Positions 41,638-52,978 of a stretch of 64,000 nt of DNA are shown here, piece by piece. The notes below the pieces were generated by a model. That model was not told the DNA's origin. It searched no databases and saw only the letters and a program-made list of their open reading frames with translations. The translations under genes were made by a program, and so were the position numbers. Position 1 is the first letter of the stretch; every line of letters starts with the position of its first letter. The DNA is taken from the IMG/VR virus record IMGVR_UViG_3300032116_022045, one strand, 5' to 3'. Source of the DNA: a virus. Its lineage: Duplodnaviria > Caudoviricetes.

Positions 41638-43278
41638 TTTTATTTTATATATAAAATAAAATTAATACGAGAAATGAAATATATAATACAAGAAATGAAC
41701 TATATAATACGAGAAATGAATAATAAGGTTGATAGAATATACCAACCTTATTATATTTCATAAAGTGAATTATTTAAAAATTGGATTATTTAAGTTTCTT
41801 ATTCTTTTTTATATGCGAAATAACCAATAACAATACAGGCTATTGCTTCAAAAAATCCGACCATAATGATTGAAGGTATTTTACCAACACTAATAACATA
41901 GTGAATGGATAAACCAATAACAATTGAGCCGACAAGGATTAAAAGGACACCAATTATTTTCATGATTACAAAATTAAATTGTGAATTGAATATGCAAATA
42001 TACTAATTAATTTAATACGTGCAACAATTATTTAAAATAAATGTACACATTTGTGTATGCAATTAAATTCATATAATAAGATAAAATAATAAGGTTGATT
42101 AATGTAACCAACCTTATTAATTACCTTATCTTAATTAAGACAGATTTCTAATTTATTTTCTCTCATAAACGCCATAAAAGGGGTTTCCATTTCAAATACC
42201 TTTGAGAAATTGTTATAGGGGATATCATTAAGGAACAATGCCAAATGACCAATAACAACATTAAGATTTGTTTCAGGATTGGCGAAATAAAAGTTTTGTT
42301 CAACCTTATCTTTACAAAACTTAAGGGTTTCAGTTGTTGATGCCCCTTCACCGAATATAGTATCATATTCGACTTTAATTACCCACAACCTTTTTTTGAG
42401 TTGAACTAACTCAAACGAATCAAGATTAATTTTTTCCATTGTTATTTTGTTTTAAGTATTAAACGATAATGCAAATATAAAACAAATAATTGATATAACC
42501 AAATAAAAAAATTATTTTATTGAATGTGCGTAAACATATCCAATGGTTAGTTCATTAATAATGAATCATCACATCTACAAATCAGGCATTCGCACCATTT
42601 ACATCTTTCAACCACACCACCCAAACTACCATCATCTTCGAGTTCCATTGTTAATCTATCCTCCTTATCAATTTCTCGTTGTGATATTCCGTATCCTAAT
42701 ACAATTGGTGTATCATTTTTCATTAACCATAACGCACTTGCAGGTGAAATTCTTGTAGTATTATTTCGTTTTTCGGGTGTAACTGTATTCCAATATCTAT
42801 CCTTGCAAACAGTTCCTTTTTTTGATTTACAAAATGCTTGTTGGTAGTTTGTTTTAACAAATTCAGTTTCACAACTTGGGCATTTACACGTTGAACCAAC
42901 TTTTGCTAATTTCGCATTTTCGTATAATTCTTTAATCTTTGCCATTATTTTTTAATGTGTTAAACGATAATGCAAATATAAAACAAATAATTGATTCCAC
43001 CAAATATTTTAAAAAAAAAAACCCTATCCATTGCAGATAAGGTTTTTTTTCACTTTAACCCAAAAAAAAAATCCAATTAATTATTGCTCGTTGTTTCTGT
43101 AATAATTGGATATGCAAAGATAACAATTATTTTAATACCGCAAACATTTTTTTACATTTTTTTTACATTTTTTTTAATTCATATAATATGATATAATTCA
43201 AATATAATATATTTTAATTTTCGTAATATATTATTCAAATTATGAATTAGTTATTATTCATATTAAAAAATATCATGT

Positions 43279-43333
43279 AGGTTGGAGTATACTCTCTCGC
43301 CTTGTTAGGGCAACCCTTAATCCTTATCAGATT
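43279..43333 (-). ncRNA. Repeated ~55-nt structured RNA, copy 2
   Basis: Same motif; TTTG...TATCTTTAC promoter. Confidence 0.65.
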
Positions 43334-43879
43334 ACATTGTAAAGATACAAGGAATATTTGACACCACCAAATAAAATGTAAAAAAAATAACAGATATTCT
43401 ATTATTTTTTTTAGGTTATTTGGATTAAAAATTAATTAGAATTTAGATAGTTCCCAAATTACTAATCCAATGATTCCGATAACACCGAATGATATTGACA
43501 ATAAGACGATGTTTTTTTCAAGTTTGTTTTCCATTGTTGTTATATTAAAGTGTGTGATTGATTTATTTTTTGAAATAGGCAAAATAACTCATAATGATAC
43601 AAGCAATTAATTCTATGACCCCTATTGACAGGATTACAGGTTCATTAAACCCAAATAGGTATAAATGATTGATTAATACGATTAGTAAATAAACACCTAT
43701 AATTGGTGCTACAATACCGACAGAAGTTAAAATACTTTTAATGTTTTTCATGATGTTGTTTTTTGTTTGACTATACAAAGATAAAACAAATATTTGATAT
43801 ATCCAAATAAAATAAAAAAAACCCCATCTTTTTACAGACAGGGTTTCTCGTTCACAACTTAACCAAAAAAAAAATTAGC

Positions 43880-43967
43880 AGTCAGGACAGGATTCGAACC
43901 TATTAGGAGTTATTGACTATTACCTCCACCGCTCACTCGGTGCGTCTACCAATTCCGCCACCTGACC
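43880..43967 (-). ncRNA. tRNA-framed RNA T1 (88 nt; Leu-like D arm, non-canonical anticodon arm)
   Basis: GGTCAGG-TG-GCGGAATTGGTAGACGC...AGGTTCGAATCCTGT-CCTGACT. Confidence 0.8.
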
Positions 43968-44119
43968 ATTTTATTTACAATACAAAGATAAAACAAATAT
44001 TTGATATATCCAAATAAAAAATAAAAAAAACCCCATCTTTTTACAGACAGGGTTTAACCTTAAAATTATTAAACTTAAAACATAATACAAAGATACAACA
44101 AATATTTGATATAATCAAA

Positions 44120-44896
44120 TTATTTGTTATAAATTTTTAATAGTTTATTAAAAATACCTTCTTCGCTTAAATGAGTTAAGTCAATACCATTTGTTGCTTC
44201 AATTGATAGGTTTTTATACATTTTACTATGTTCATACCTAATACCAATAGTAAGCATAAGACGCATAAACATTTGATTCACTTGTCTTGTAGGGGGTAAA
44301 AATCTGTGAACATCAACAAGGCAATTAAGTAAAAATTCAGCCCTTTCCCTATCTTTTATTACAAAATCACCTTTTTTAACAATTCTAACAGCAGTAGTTC
44401 TACGTTTAACTTGTAGGTAAGCCATTGGGATAACAGACGATTGAATGTGATTTCTGTAAATGTGTTTAATTGAGTTTTGAAGCGTGAAATAATCTTTATT
44501 TCCTGTTTCTTTCCAACTATTGATAAAATCATCGAATGACCATTTTTTCCCTGTGTTATTTGTATCAATCATTAATTGTACAATTTCAGTATCTGTTTTA
44601 CATTCAACAATACGACATTCAATAGGTAAATTAAGGCTTACCATTGCTCTAATTAAATGTTGTCCATCAACAACATACAATTTATTATTAGGTTTTCTAA
44701 CTAATAAAACTTGTCTTGTTTGTCCGTTTCTTTTTACCGATTCAACTAACTCTAAAACAATCTTTTGGTTAATAGGTCTGTTAAAAGGTAAGATTAACAA
44801 TGAAGCATAATCATTAACTCCAATTGTAATTGTCTTGTTTGTTTTTACTTTGTTTTTCATGTTTCTTTTTCCTTTAAGTGTTAAACAATGGGTCAA
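44120..44896 (-). CDS. ParB/Srx-like domain protein
   Basis: LYVVDGQHL motif. Confidence 0.65.
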   Translation of the reverse strand: MTHCLTLKGKRNMKNKVKTNKTITIGVNDYASLLILPFNRPINQKIVLELVESVKRNGQTRQVLLVRKPNNKLYVVDGQHLIRAMVSLNLPIECRIVECKTDTEIVQLMIDTNNTGKKWSFDDFINSWKETGNKDYFTLQNSIKHIYRNHIQSSVIPMAYLQVKRRTTAVRIVKKGDFVIKDRERAEFLLNCLVDVHRFLPPTRQVNQMFMRLMLTIGIRYEHSKMYKNLSIEATNGIDLTHLSEEGIFNKLLKIYNK

Positions 44897-45026
44897 AGTA
44901 ACTACTTTTTATTGAGAAAAACAAATTTTTGTTTAAATTTTTTTAAAAAAAATTAAATAAAAAAAAACCCCATCTTTTTACAGATAGGGTTTCTCGTTCA
45001 CAACTTAACCAAAAAAAAAAATTAGC

Positions 45027-45125
45027 AGTCAGGACAGGATTCGAACCTGTGGTAGTTAGATATTGATATCACCCTATCATCTAACCACTTCTTAGGTGAA
45101 GCAGATACCATTCCGCCACCTGACT
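45027..45125 (-). ncRNA. tRNA-framed RNA T2 (99 nt)
   Basis: Same acceptor and T arm; long variable hairpin GGTTAGAT/ATCTAACT. Confidence 0.8.
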
Positions 45126-45136
45126 ATTTTAATAAC

Positions 45137-45245
45137 TTGGACGTGCTACCCATTACACCAACCTTGGGATTCGAACCCATATCTTCGGTACAACCGACGC
45201 ATTACCCATTATGCTATCACCGAGAATCGAACTCGGACTTTCCAT
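45137..45245 (-). ncRNA. Double-elbow tRNA-like RNA (T arm, D arm, anticodon-like arm, T arm, D arm; no acceptor stem)
   Basis: See findings. Confidence 0.65.
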
Positions 45246-45249
45246 TCGT

Positions 45250-45323
45250 AGTCAGGACAGGATTCGAACCTGTAAATGAATCAGACTAATGCAGACTCTG
45301 CGATACCATTACGCCACCTGACC
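45250..45323 (-). ncRNA. tRNA-framed RNA T4 (74 nt)
   Basis: Same acceptor and T arm; irregular anticodon arm. Confidence 0.8.
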
Positions 45324-46429
45324 ATTTTATTTACAATACAAAGATACAACAAAGTTTTGATATATCCAAATAAAAAATAAAAAAAACCCCATCTTTTTAC
45401 AGACAGGGTTTCTCGTTCACAACTTAACACTAAAACAAAAACAAACAGAAATTATCTTTTATAGGCAACATAACCCATAGTAAAACACCCAATTGATTCA
45501 ACAAGACCAACCAACAAAAGTAAAGGTAACTCAAGACCAAACAACATAATATGATGAATTAATAACACCATAATAAATGTTCCAACAAACATTAAAAGAA
45601 CCCCAATTTTTTTCATAACATTTTTTTATTTACACTACAAAGATACAACAAAGTTTTGATATATACAAATAAAATTTAAAAAAACCCCATCTTTTTTTGA
45701 CAGGGTTTTTTTCTCTCTCGTTTTATATTTCTTTTGCTAATTTAATATAATCAGCAACTTCATCAGCAGAGCAATAACCTTTAACCAAATCATTACCAAA
45801 GTCATAAAATTCACCATTAGGTAAGATTATTGCTATTTCAGCATCAGACGATTCAACCATTGTTTTACCATTAGAAAAATCATAACCATCAGGATGATTA
45901 TCGTAATTATCACAATAATTACGATACCCGAATTGAACTGAAATTGTGCAACCATTTTCAAAAGTCATTTGAAAACCTTTGTTTTGTGTAATTCTGAACA
46001 TTGACATACTTTAAATTGTTTAAGTGTTTAACGATACCACAAAGATATAACAAAGTTTTGATATATCCAAATAAAATTTTTAATTTTTTTTTCACCAAGT
46101 CATTAATGCGTATGGATTGTAGTTTTGATAACGCAGTTCATTAAAAAGTGTATTAAACACATTTTTGCTAACTTTAAATGTTGTTGTGTTTTTTGTTGAT
46201 TCTTCAAACTTCAATTTTTTGTTCGGAATCATTGACTGAATCAAATCTTCGTTTTGTTTTGCGATTAGAACTATCATGTTATTTTAATTAAGTTTTTAAC
46301 GATATGACAAAGATACATAATTTATTAATACCACCGACATAAACCACCATATTTTTTTTTAACTTTTTTTTTAAAAAAATATCCTAATTAATTTTTTTAT
46401 TCCAATTATTCCTTGTATCTTTACAATGT

Positions 46430-46484
46430 AATCCAATAGGGGATTAAGGGTCGCTTGAAAAAGTGAGAGAGTATACTCCAACCT
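46430..46484 (+). ncRNA. Repeated ~55-nt structured RNA, copy 3
   Basis: Same motif. Confidence 0.65.
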
Positions 46485-46565
46485 ACATAATGTTTTTTTA
46501 TATAAAAAATAATAAAATTGAATAGATTAATCAGATTAACCTATTCAATTTCATTATATGAAATA

Positions 46566-47012
46566 TTATTTACTTCTACAAATAGGCCCTAAACCAATTT
46601 CGATACTATTTGCATCAGTTAATTTTTTGCCACAAACAAGGCAAGACCCTGTATGAAAAACCTCAATTGAATTATCCAACAAATTAAAGTTTTTCTTTTG
46701 AACATTATCTAAAGTCCATGCAATTGCTTTTGCCGAAGCGGAATCAATAATTTGTCCTTTATTGATTATTTTGCCATGCGAGAAAAAACCTAATCTAATG
46801 TAATTTTGATACTCGGTTTCAACCTTAACATGAGTGTACCAATTCCCTTTAAATAAAGAACGGCTAATTTTATAGGTATAGTCCTTACCTGTCCTAAGTG
46901 ATTTAATGGTAAATTCAGAACCATGGTTATTAGCCTCACGATTAATAACCTCAAATAACGAAGCGGATGAAATTTTGTGTGCCATATTGTTTTTGTTAAT
47001 TTGTGAACACAA
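46566..47012 (-). CDS. DUF6011-like Zn-finger protein
   Basis: CLVCGKKLTDANSIEIGLGPIC. Confidence 0.65.
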   Translation of the reverse strand: MCSQINKNNMAHKISSASLFEVINREANNHGSEFTIKSLRTGKDYTYKISRSLFKGNWYTHVKVETEYQNYIRLGFFSHGKIINKGQIIDSASAKAIAWTLDNVQKKNFNLLDNSIEVFHTGSCLVCGKKLTDANSIEIGLGPICRSK

Positions 47013-47089
47013 AGATATATAAACTAATTTAATTAAACAAGCATTTTGTAAAAAAAATTAATTAATTTTTGTTAAAAAAAATATCATGT

Positions 47090-47144
47090 AGCGTGGAGTA
47101 TACTCTCTCGCCTTGTTAGGGCAACCCTTAATCCTTATCAGATT
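47090..47144 (-). ncRNA. Repeated ~55-nt structured RNA, copy 4
   Basis: Same motif. Confidence 0.65.
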
Positions 47145-48052
47145 ACATTGTAAAGATACAAGGAATAATTGACACCACCAAATAAAATGTAAAAAAAAAC
47201 CCATCTTTTTACAGACAGGTTTTTTTGAATGGAATTATATTTTATAGTACAAAGATACTACAAATAATTGACACTACCAAATAAAATGTAAAAAAAAACC
47301 CATCTTTTTACAGACAGGTTTTTTCGTTCACAACTTAACCAAAACAAAAACTTAATTAAAAATCATCTTCATTAAAATCGTCATCATCTTCATAGTTATC
47401 ATCATAGAAATAACCTTGAAATTCGCATGATTCACAACCTGTTTCATCATACACCCAATTTTCAGGTTTCTCAACCAAATTAGGGTATTTTACACCTTTT
47501 GTACCATCACCATTCGGATTATCTTTAAAGGCGATATTAATACCTTTACTTCTCACTTCATCGGTATATTCTTCACCTTGTAAGGTTGATGTAACACCAT
47601 TCATTTCAGCGAGTAATTCATAATAATCCTTACCACCAAATACACCACAACCATCATATTCGGTTTCCACCCATTGATTACCTTTATCATCTAACATAAC
47701 CACCTTAAAAGGTTGTCTGTTTGAGTGAATGTTTGGGATACTTTTATTAGTATCCATTGTTTTCCAACTGAAAAATCCCATAACTTTAATTTTTTTTAAG
47801 TGTTTAACGATACCACAAAGATAAAACAAAATTTTGATTCTACCAAATAATTTTACAAAAAAAGTAAAATAATTTGTATCACCCTTAAAGCAATTGCAAC
47901 GATACCAATAAAGACCGCCACAAAAAAGATACCATCCTGAATTTTCTGTTCCATATTGTTTTTAATTAAATTGTGAATACAAAGATATATAAACTAATTT
48001 AATTAAACAAGCATTTTGTAAAAAAAATTAATTATAAAAAAAAATATAATAT

Positions 48053-48108
48053 AGGTTGGAGTATACTCTCTCGCCTTGTTAGGGCAACCCTTAATCCCTT
48101 ATTGGATT
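48053..48108 (-). ncRNA. Repeated ~55-nt structured RNA, copy 5
   Basis: Same motif. Confidence 0.65.
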
Positions 48109-48932
48109 ACATTGTAAAGATACAAGGAATAATTGACACTACCAAATAAAATGTAAAAAAAACCCATCTTTTTACAGACAGGTTTTTTCGTTCACAACTT
48201 AACCAAAAAACAAAAATTTTACTATTGAAATTCTATTTCAAAATCCTCCACAATTTCTTTTTGTTCATCTGTTAAAGGTTCATCTGAAATAAATTCAATG
48301 TAATACCTTGTGTAAGGGACACCCATTAAAAATTCTTCAACAGATAAATTAAATTCTTGTTTATCCCTTGCCATTATTGTTGTACCAATATGCTCTGAAC
48401 TATTTTTGTCAAAAGCAAATAACTGAACTTTAACCATGATTATTTTTTTTTAAGTGTTTAACGATACCACAAAGATACTACAAAGTTTTGATATATCCAA
48501 ATGTTTTCATTCTATATCACCTTGAATTTTTTGATAAATGTTAGCAAGGTTTAAGATATCCTGTAAACAATCAATTGATAATTCTTCATAAGTGAAAAAA
48601 TCAACAGACCTTTCATTTTCATCACCATTTAAATATAAATAACCATTAACACCATTTAACATAAATTTTTCACCAAGCATGATAGCAGAACCAAGCTCTC
48701 CAATTATAGGTGATGATTCACTTTCAACATCAAATGTTGTAAACATACCAAATTCATCAATAATATTTTTTATTGCTGAAATGATTTCATTTTTTTCTTG
48801 ATTGGTTTCCATTTTAATTATTTTTTTTAAGTGTTTAACGATACCACAAAGATAAAACAAAGTTTTGATTCTACCAAATAAAAATTAAAAAAACCCTAAC
48901 TTTTTTTTGATAGGGTTTTTTTAATTAACTTA

Positions 48933-49697
48933 TTACTTCAACCGCTTTATTATTATTAGAGCCATTGAGCAGGTATCATGATATTCAAATATTTCTTCTA
49001 TTGAATAATTGAACCCACAAACTTTTGAGAAAAATGTTTTAAAAGCGTGTATTGTTTCAATATCATTTTCATTCTTAATTAACCTTTTCATTTCACCATA
49101 AACCTTAGATGATTGACCAAGTTTATTAATTCGCTTTGATAAGGTTATTGCAACAATACCACCAACTTGCACGATATTAGCCTGAAACATACTTTTCATA
49201 TCTTCAACGATAGTACCCAATTGACAACAATAATCTAAAATAAGATGATTGTATTTGTCTTCATGTGCTGTTTCTAATTCATATCCAATATCACCCAACA
49301 TTGGATATATTGGTAATTTATGTTTTTGGATAGTTTTAAACATTTTCCAATAAACCTTTTCATCCCTTTCATATCCGATAAAACTAAATTTCTTTCCAAT
49401 TTCGGATAATATTTGCTTTTCAATATTACATTTTGAAAAGGGTAAGGATAATATTTTTCCTGAATTAAGACCGCTTTTGTAAATGTGTTTAATAATGATA
49501 TTTCTTGCTTTTTGCTTACCATTCCCATTTTCATTATTAAATGCCCCTACACTCTTTTTAATTCCTTTTTTCTTACGATAAGCAATTAAATTTGCTGATG
49601 CCCTTTGTTTGCTAAGCCCAAATTGTTTAACCAATTTTGAATTTGTCGCATAAGGATTGTTTTTAATCCATTCTTGAATTTCTTGTTTTGTTACCAT
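48933..49697 (-). CDS. Possible SAM-dependent methyltransferase-fold protein with an N-terminal HTH-like segment
   Basis: ILSLP...FIGYERD...LILDYC pattern; weak. Confidence 0.35.
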   Translation of the reverse strand: MVTKQEIQEWIKNNPYATNSKLVKQFGLSKQRASANLIAYRKKKGIKKSVGAFNNENGNGKQKARNIIIKHIYKSGLNSGKILSLPFSKCNIEKQILSEIGKKFSFIGYERDEKVYWKMFKTIQKHKLPIYPMLGDIGYELETAHEDKYNHLILDYCCQLGTIVEDMKSMFQANIVQVGGIVAITLSKRINKLGQSSKVYGEMKRLIKNENDIETIHAFKTFFSKVCGFNYSIEEIFEYHDTCSMALIIIKRLK

Positions 49698-49854
49698 TGT
49701 GTTAAATTGTTTAATTGTAAAACGATATGCAAAGATAGGACTTATTTTGATACCACCAACAAAAAACCAAAATTATTTTTAATTAATTTTAACTTTTTTT
49801 TCTTGCAATTGTCAATAATTGGTTATACTTTTGTAATGACATTTTTTAATCACT

Positions 49855-50034
49855 ATGGAATTAAATAAAGCAGTTGAAATCTTAATGCACAACCACCGAT
49901 TCAAATTGGGTAAAACAAGTGAACAAAATTTCACACCTCAAGAAATTAATCGTGCAATGAATGTATTAAGCCACTATAACGAAACACAACGGAGATTGAA
50001 TACCTACGAGAAAAAAAATCTTAATTGTGGATAA
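49855..50034 (+). CDS. 59-aa protein MELNKAVEILMHNHRFKLG..., against the orientation of the region
   Basis: Manual translation; TACTTTTG -7 box upstream. Confidence 0.5.
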   Translation: MELNKAVEILMHNHRFKLGKTSEQNFTPQEINRAMNVLSHYNETQRRLNTYEKKNLNCG

Positions 50035-50098
50035 ATAAATTCAAAATTTATCCTAATTAATTTTTTTATTCCGATTATTCCTTGTATCTTTACAATGT

Positions 50099-50152
50099 AA
50101 TCTGATAAGGATTAAGGGTCGCTTGAAAAAGTGAGAGAGTATACTCCAACCT
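50099..50152 (+). ncRNA. Repeated ~55-nt structured RNA, copy 6
   Basis: Same motif. Confidence 0.65.
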
Positions 50153-50634
50153 GGCTTTTATTTTTTTATATAAAAAATAATTATTTCATAAATTGAATTA
50201 TTTAATTTATTAATTAATACGAAAAATGAATAATAAGGTTGATAGAATATCTACCAACCTTATTATTTTTTAATTTGATTATTTACGTTTTGTAAATATA
50301 TCAAATGTAGCAGTTATACCAATAAAATATTTATCAATATCAATTGAATCACCGCCACAACCACAATCGCACCCTAATTTAATTTCGTACTTTTTAATGT
50401 ACTTAATTAAATCAATTCCGCTAATAATATCATCTAACGGAATTTCAGTAAAGGTTGAATAAATTTCTAACCTCTTTTTAATCGTTTTGTTTTTCAGGTA
50501 GTTTGTCATAATGTTATTTTAATTAAGTGTTGAACGATGATGCAAAGATATGTATTATTTCAATACCCCCGACATAAATTAAAAAAAAAACCCTATCTTT
50601 TTTTGATAGGGTTTCCAACCAATTAACCCACTAT

Positions 50635-51102
50635 TTAATACCTCTCTTTAAATTCAAGCAATATCTTATTTTCCCAACTTTTATGTGCTTGACATCTACA
50701 CGCCCTTTTTACCTCTTTTAATTTAATCCTTGCCTTTTCGTATGTTTCACCACAACCGCCACAAACCGCAAAGTATTTTAATTTAGGCGTATTAACTTTA
50801 TCTGAATCATAACATCTCTCAGGTTTTGCACCTATCTTAATACAAACCAATTTCCACTGATAACCATGATGGGCTTTAAACCCTGCAATAGCATGGGCAA
50901 TTTCATGTAGGATTGTATCTTTGACTATTTCAAGGTCATTTAAACGAGTTAAATGCTTTGACAATTGAATAGACTTGTTTCCATAGGAACAAACGCCAAA
51001 CGCCCTTAAATGATTGTTAAATTCAAAACGCCAACCCAATTCCCAAATACCATGTTGTTTCATTAAAGAAACCGCCAAATTTTCTGCAACTGATAATTCC
51101 AT
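50635..51102 (-). CDS. SprT-like zinc metalloprotease
   Basis: DTILHEIAHA...HHGYQWK...IGAKPERC; C-terminal CxxC. Confidence 0.85.
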   Translation of the reverse strand: MELSVAENLAVSLMKQHGIWELGWRFEFNNHLRAFGVCSYGNKSIQLSKHLTRLNDLEIVKDTILHEIAHAIAGFKAHHGYQWKLVCIKIGAKPERCYDSDKVNTPKLKYFAVCGGCGETYEKARIKLKEVKRACRCQAHKSWENKILLEFKERY

Positions 51103-51238
51103 AATGTTTATTTTAATTAAGTGTTAAACGATAAGGCAAATATAGGGAATATATTAATACCACCGACATAAAATTAAAAAAATATTTTTTTTCTTAATTG
51201 TTTGGAATTGTCAAATATTGGTTGTAATTTTACAATGT

Positions 51239-51291
51239 AATCTGATAAGGATTAAGGGTCGCTGACAAAGTGAGAGAGTATACTCCAACCT
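51239..51291 (+). ncRNA. Repeated ~55-nt structured RNA, copy 7
   Basis: Same motif. Confidence 0.65.
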
Positions 51292-51437
51292 GGCTTTTAT
51301 TTTTTTTATATATAAAATTAATACGAAAAATGAATTATTTAATTATATTAATAATACGAAAAATGGAATATATTAAAATAAAATAATAAGGTTGATAGAA
51401 TATTCCATCAACCTTATTATTTCAGATTCCGTACTAT

Positions 51438-51998
51438 TTAAAGTTCCAAAGTTTCACCATTGGCACGAATTTCCCCAACATTATCTAATACATATTGGGT
51501 ATATTTCGATGTCCGTAGTAACTTACGAATTTCATCCTTTGCAATTGTCAAAGGTCTTGACTTAACCACAGGATAAACACCATCCTGTAAAATAGTCTTG
51601 TTTTGGCGATAACCATAAACATAAACCTTTCCAGATTCATTATGAACCTTAACACCATCTACAATGGCTGTATAAGCCTCAATTTGCCCTTGGCTACGAT
51701 TCTCATTAGGATTCTCAAAAGATTCAATTAAGGCTTGTTTAGCCTCAATTAACAGAGCCTTAGCCGACTTAAATTCAAATTCATTTGAATCCAAATCTAA
51801 ATGTTTCAAAAACTCAATATCTCTTTCCTTAGCCTTAGAATAGGATGCACCAACGTTAATAAGGTGATTGGCAATTTCACCATATTTGTTAGTGTACTTA
51901 CGGATTGAAACAAATGTTACATTTGTTTTACTTGTTGCCTTTTTCAAGGCTACAACCACATCTAATGCGGTTGATTTTGTTACTTGCGTACTTTCCAT
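51438..51998 (-). CDS. Early hypothetical protein, copy B
   Basis: Paralog of 40847-41407. Confidence 0.85.
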   Translation of the reverse strand: MESTQVTKSTALDVVVALKKATSKTNVTFVSIRKYTNKYGEIANHLINVGASYSKAKERDIEFLKHLDLDSNEFEFKSAKALLIEAKQALIESFENPNENRSQGQIEAYTAIVDGVKVHNESGKVYVYGYRQNKTILQDGVYPVVKSRPLTIAKDEIRKLLRTSKYTQYVLDNVGEIRANGETLEL

Positions 51999-52200
51999 AA
52001 ATGAATTAGTTAAGAGTGAAATTTAATAGTACAAAGATATAGGTTATTTCAATACCACCGACAAACAAAACCACATTTTTATCCACATATTTATCCACAA
52101 TTAATCATAAGAATATGTTAATAAGTGTGTTGATAAATAGGTTAAAAATTTATCTTAATTAATTTTTTTATTCCAATTATTCCTGGTATCTTTACAATGT

Positions 52201-52255
52201 AATCTGATAAGGATTAAGGGTTGCCCTGACAAGGCGAGAGAGTGTACTCCAACCT
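52201..52255 (+). ncRNA. Repeated ~55-nt structured RNA, copy 8
   Basis: Same motif. Confidence 0.65.
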
Positions 52256-52600
52256 GGCTTTTATTTTTTTTATATAAAAAAATAATACGGATTTTGAATT
52301 ATTTATATTTTAAATAATACAATTATTGAAATATATATTTCGTAAATTGAATTATATAATTATTGTATATTATAGTATATTAAATTATTTCAATAATTAA
52401 AATATATATTTCGTAAATTGAATTATCTATTTATTGTATATTAATAATTTTAAATAATTTTTATATTTTAAATTATATCCAATATGTAATATTTTATTTA
52501 TTGAAGTATTTACTTTATATATTTTATATGTTATATATATTATATATTAATATACATTATAATAATTAATATATACACAATTGTGTATAATATATTAACT

Positions 52601-52970
52601 TAAATTAAGATAATCACCAATATCAATAAACTAAGTTAATACTAATTGCCAGAATCATCATAAACCCTATTTTTAGCCTGTCTGTTAAACTTTAATCGTA
52701 AAATGATATGTAGATATGGAATTAATAAAATAATTCAATACAAGGCAAAAAAAAGGGAATTGTTACATTCCCTTTTTAATTTAATTAAGATAATTACCAA
52801 CATCAAAAAACTAACTTAATACTAATTCCCAGAATCACCATAAACCCTATTTTTAGCCTGTCTGTTAAACTTGAATTGTAAAATGATAGATAGATACGGA
52901 AATAATAAGATAATTCAATACAAGGCAAAAAAAAAGGGAATTGTTACATTCCCTTTTTTAATTTAATTAA
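52601..52970. repeat. Two tandem ~180-bp repeats, each with a terminator hairpin
   Basis: Period 180 (52601 and 52781); AAAAAAGGGAAT-TGTTAC-ATTCCCTTTTT in both. Confidence 0.85.
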
Positions 52971-52978
52971 ACCTAAGT

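Noticed and set aside
45027-45125. Amber suppressor tRNA or alternative genetic code
   Set aside because: CTA lies in a 6-nt loop (ACCTAA) of a non-canonical arm, and long ORFs read normally in the standard bacterial code.
41581-52255. CRISPR array or mini-array from the 8-copy repeat
   Set aside because: The copies are kilobases apart, in both orientations, with no regular spacers and no cas genes.
41581-52255. Hammerhead, twister or pistol ribozyme identity for the ~55-nt RNA
   Set aside because: CTGATAAG only resembles CUGANGA, is absent from three copies, and there is no correctly placed GAAA or pseudoknot.
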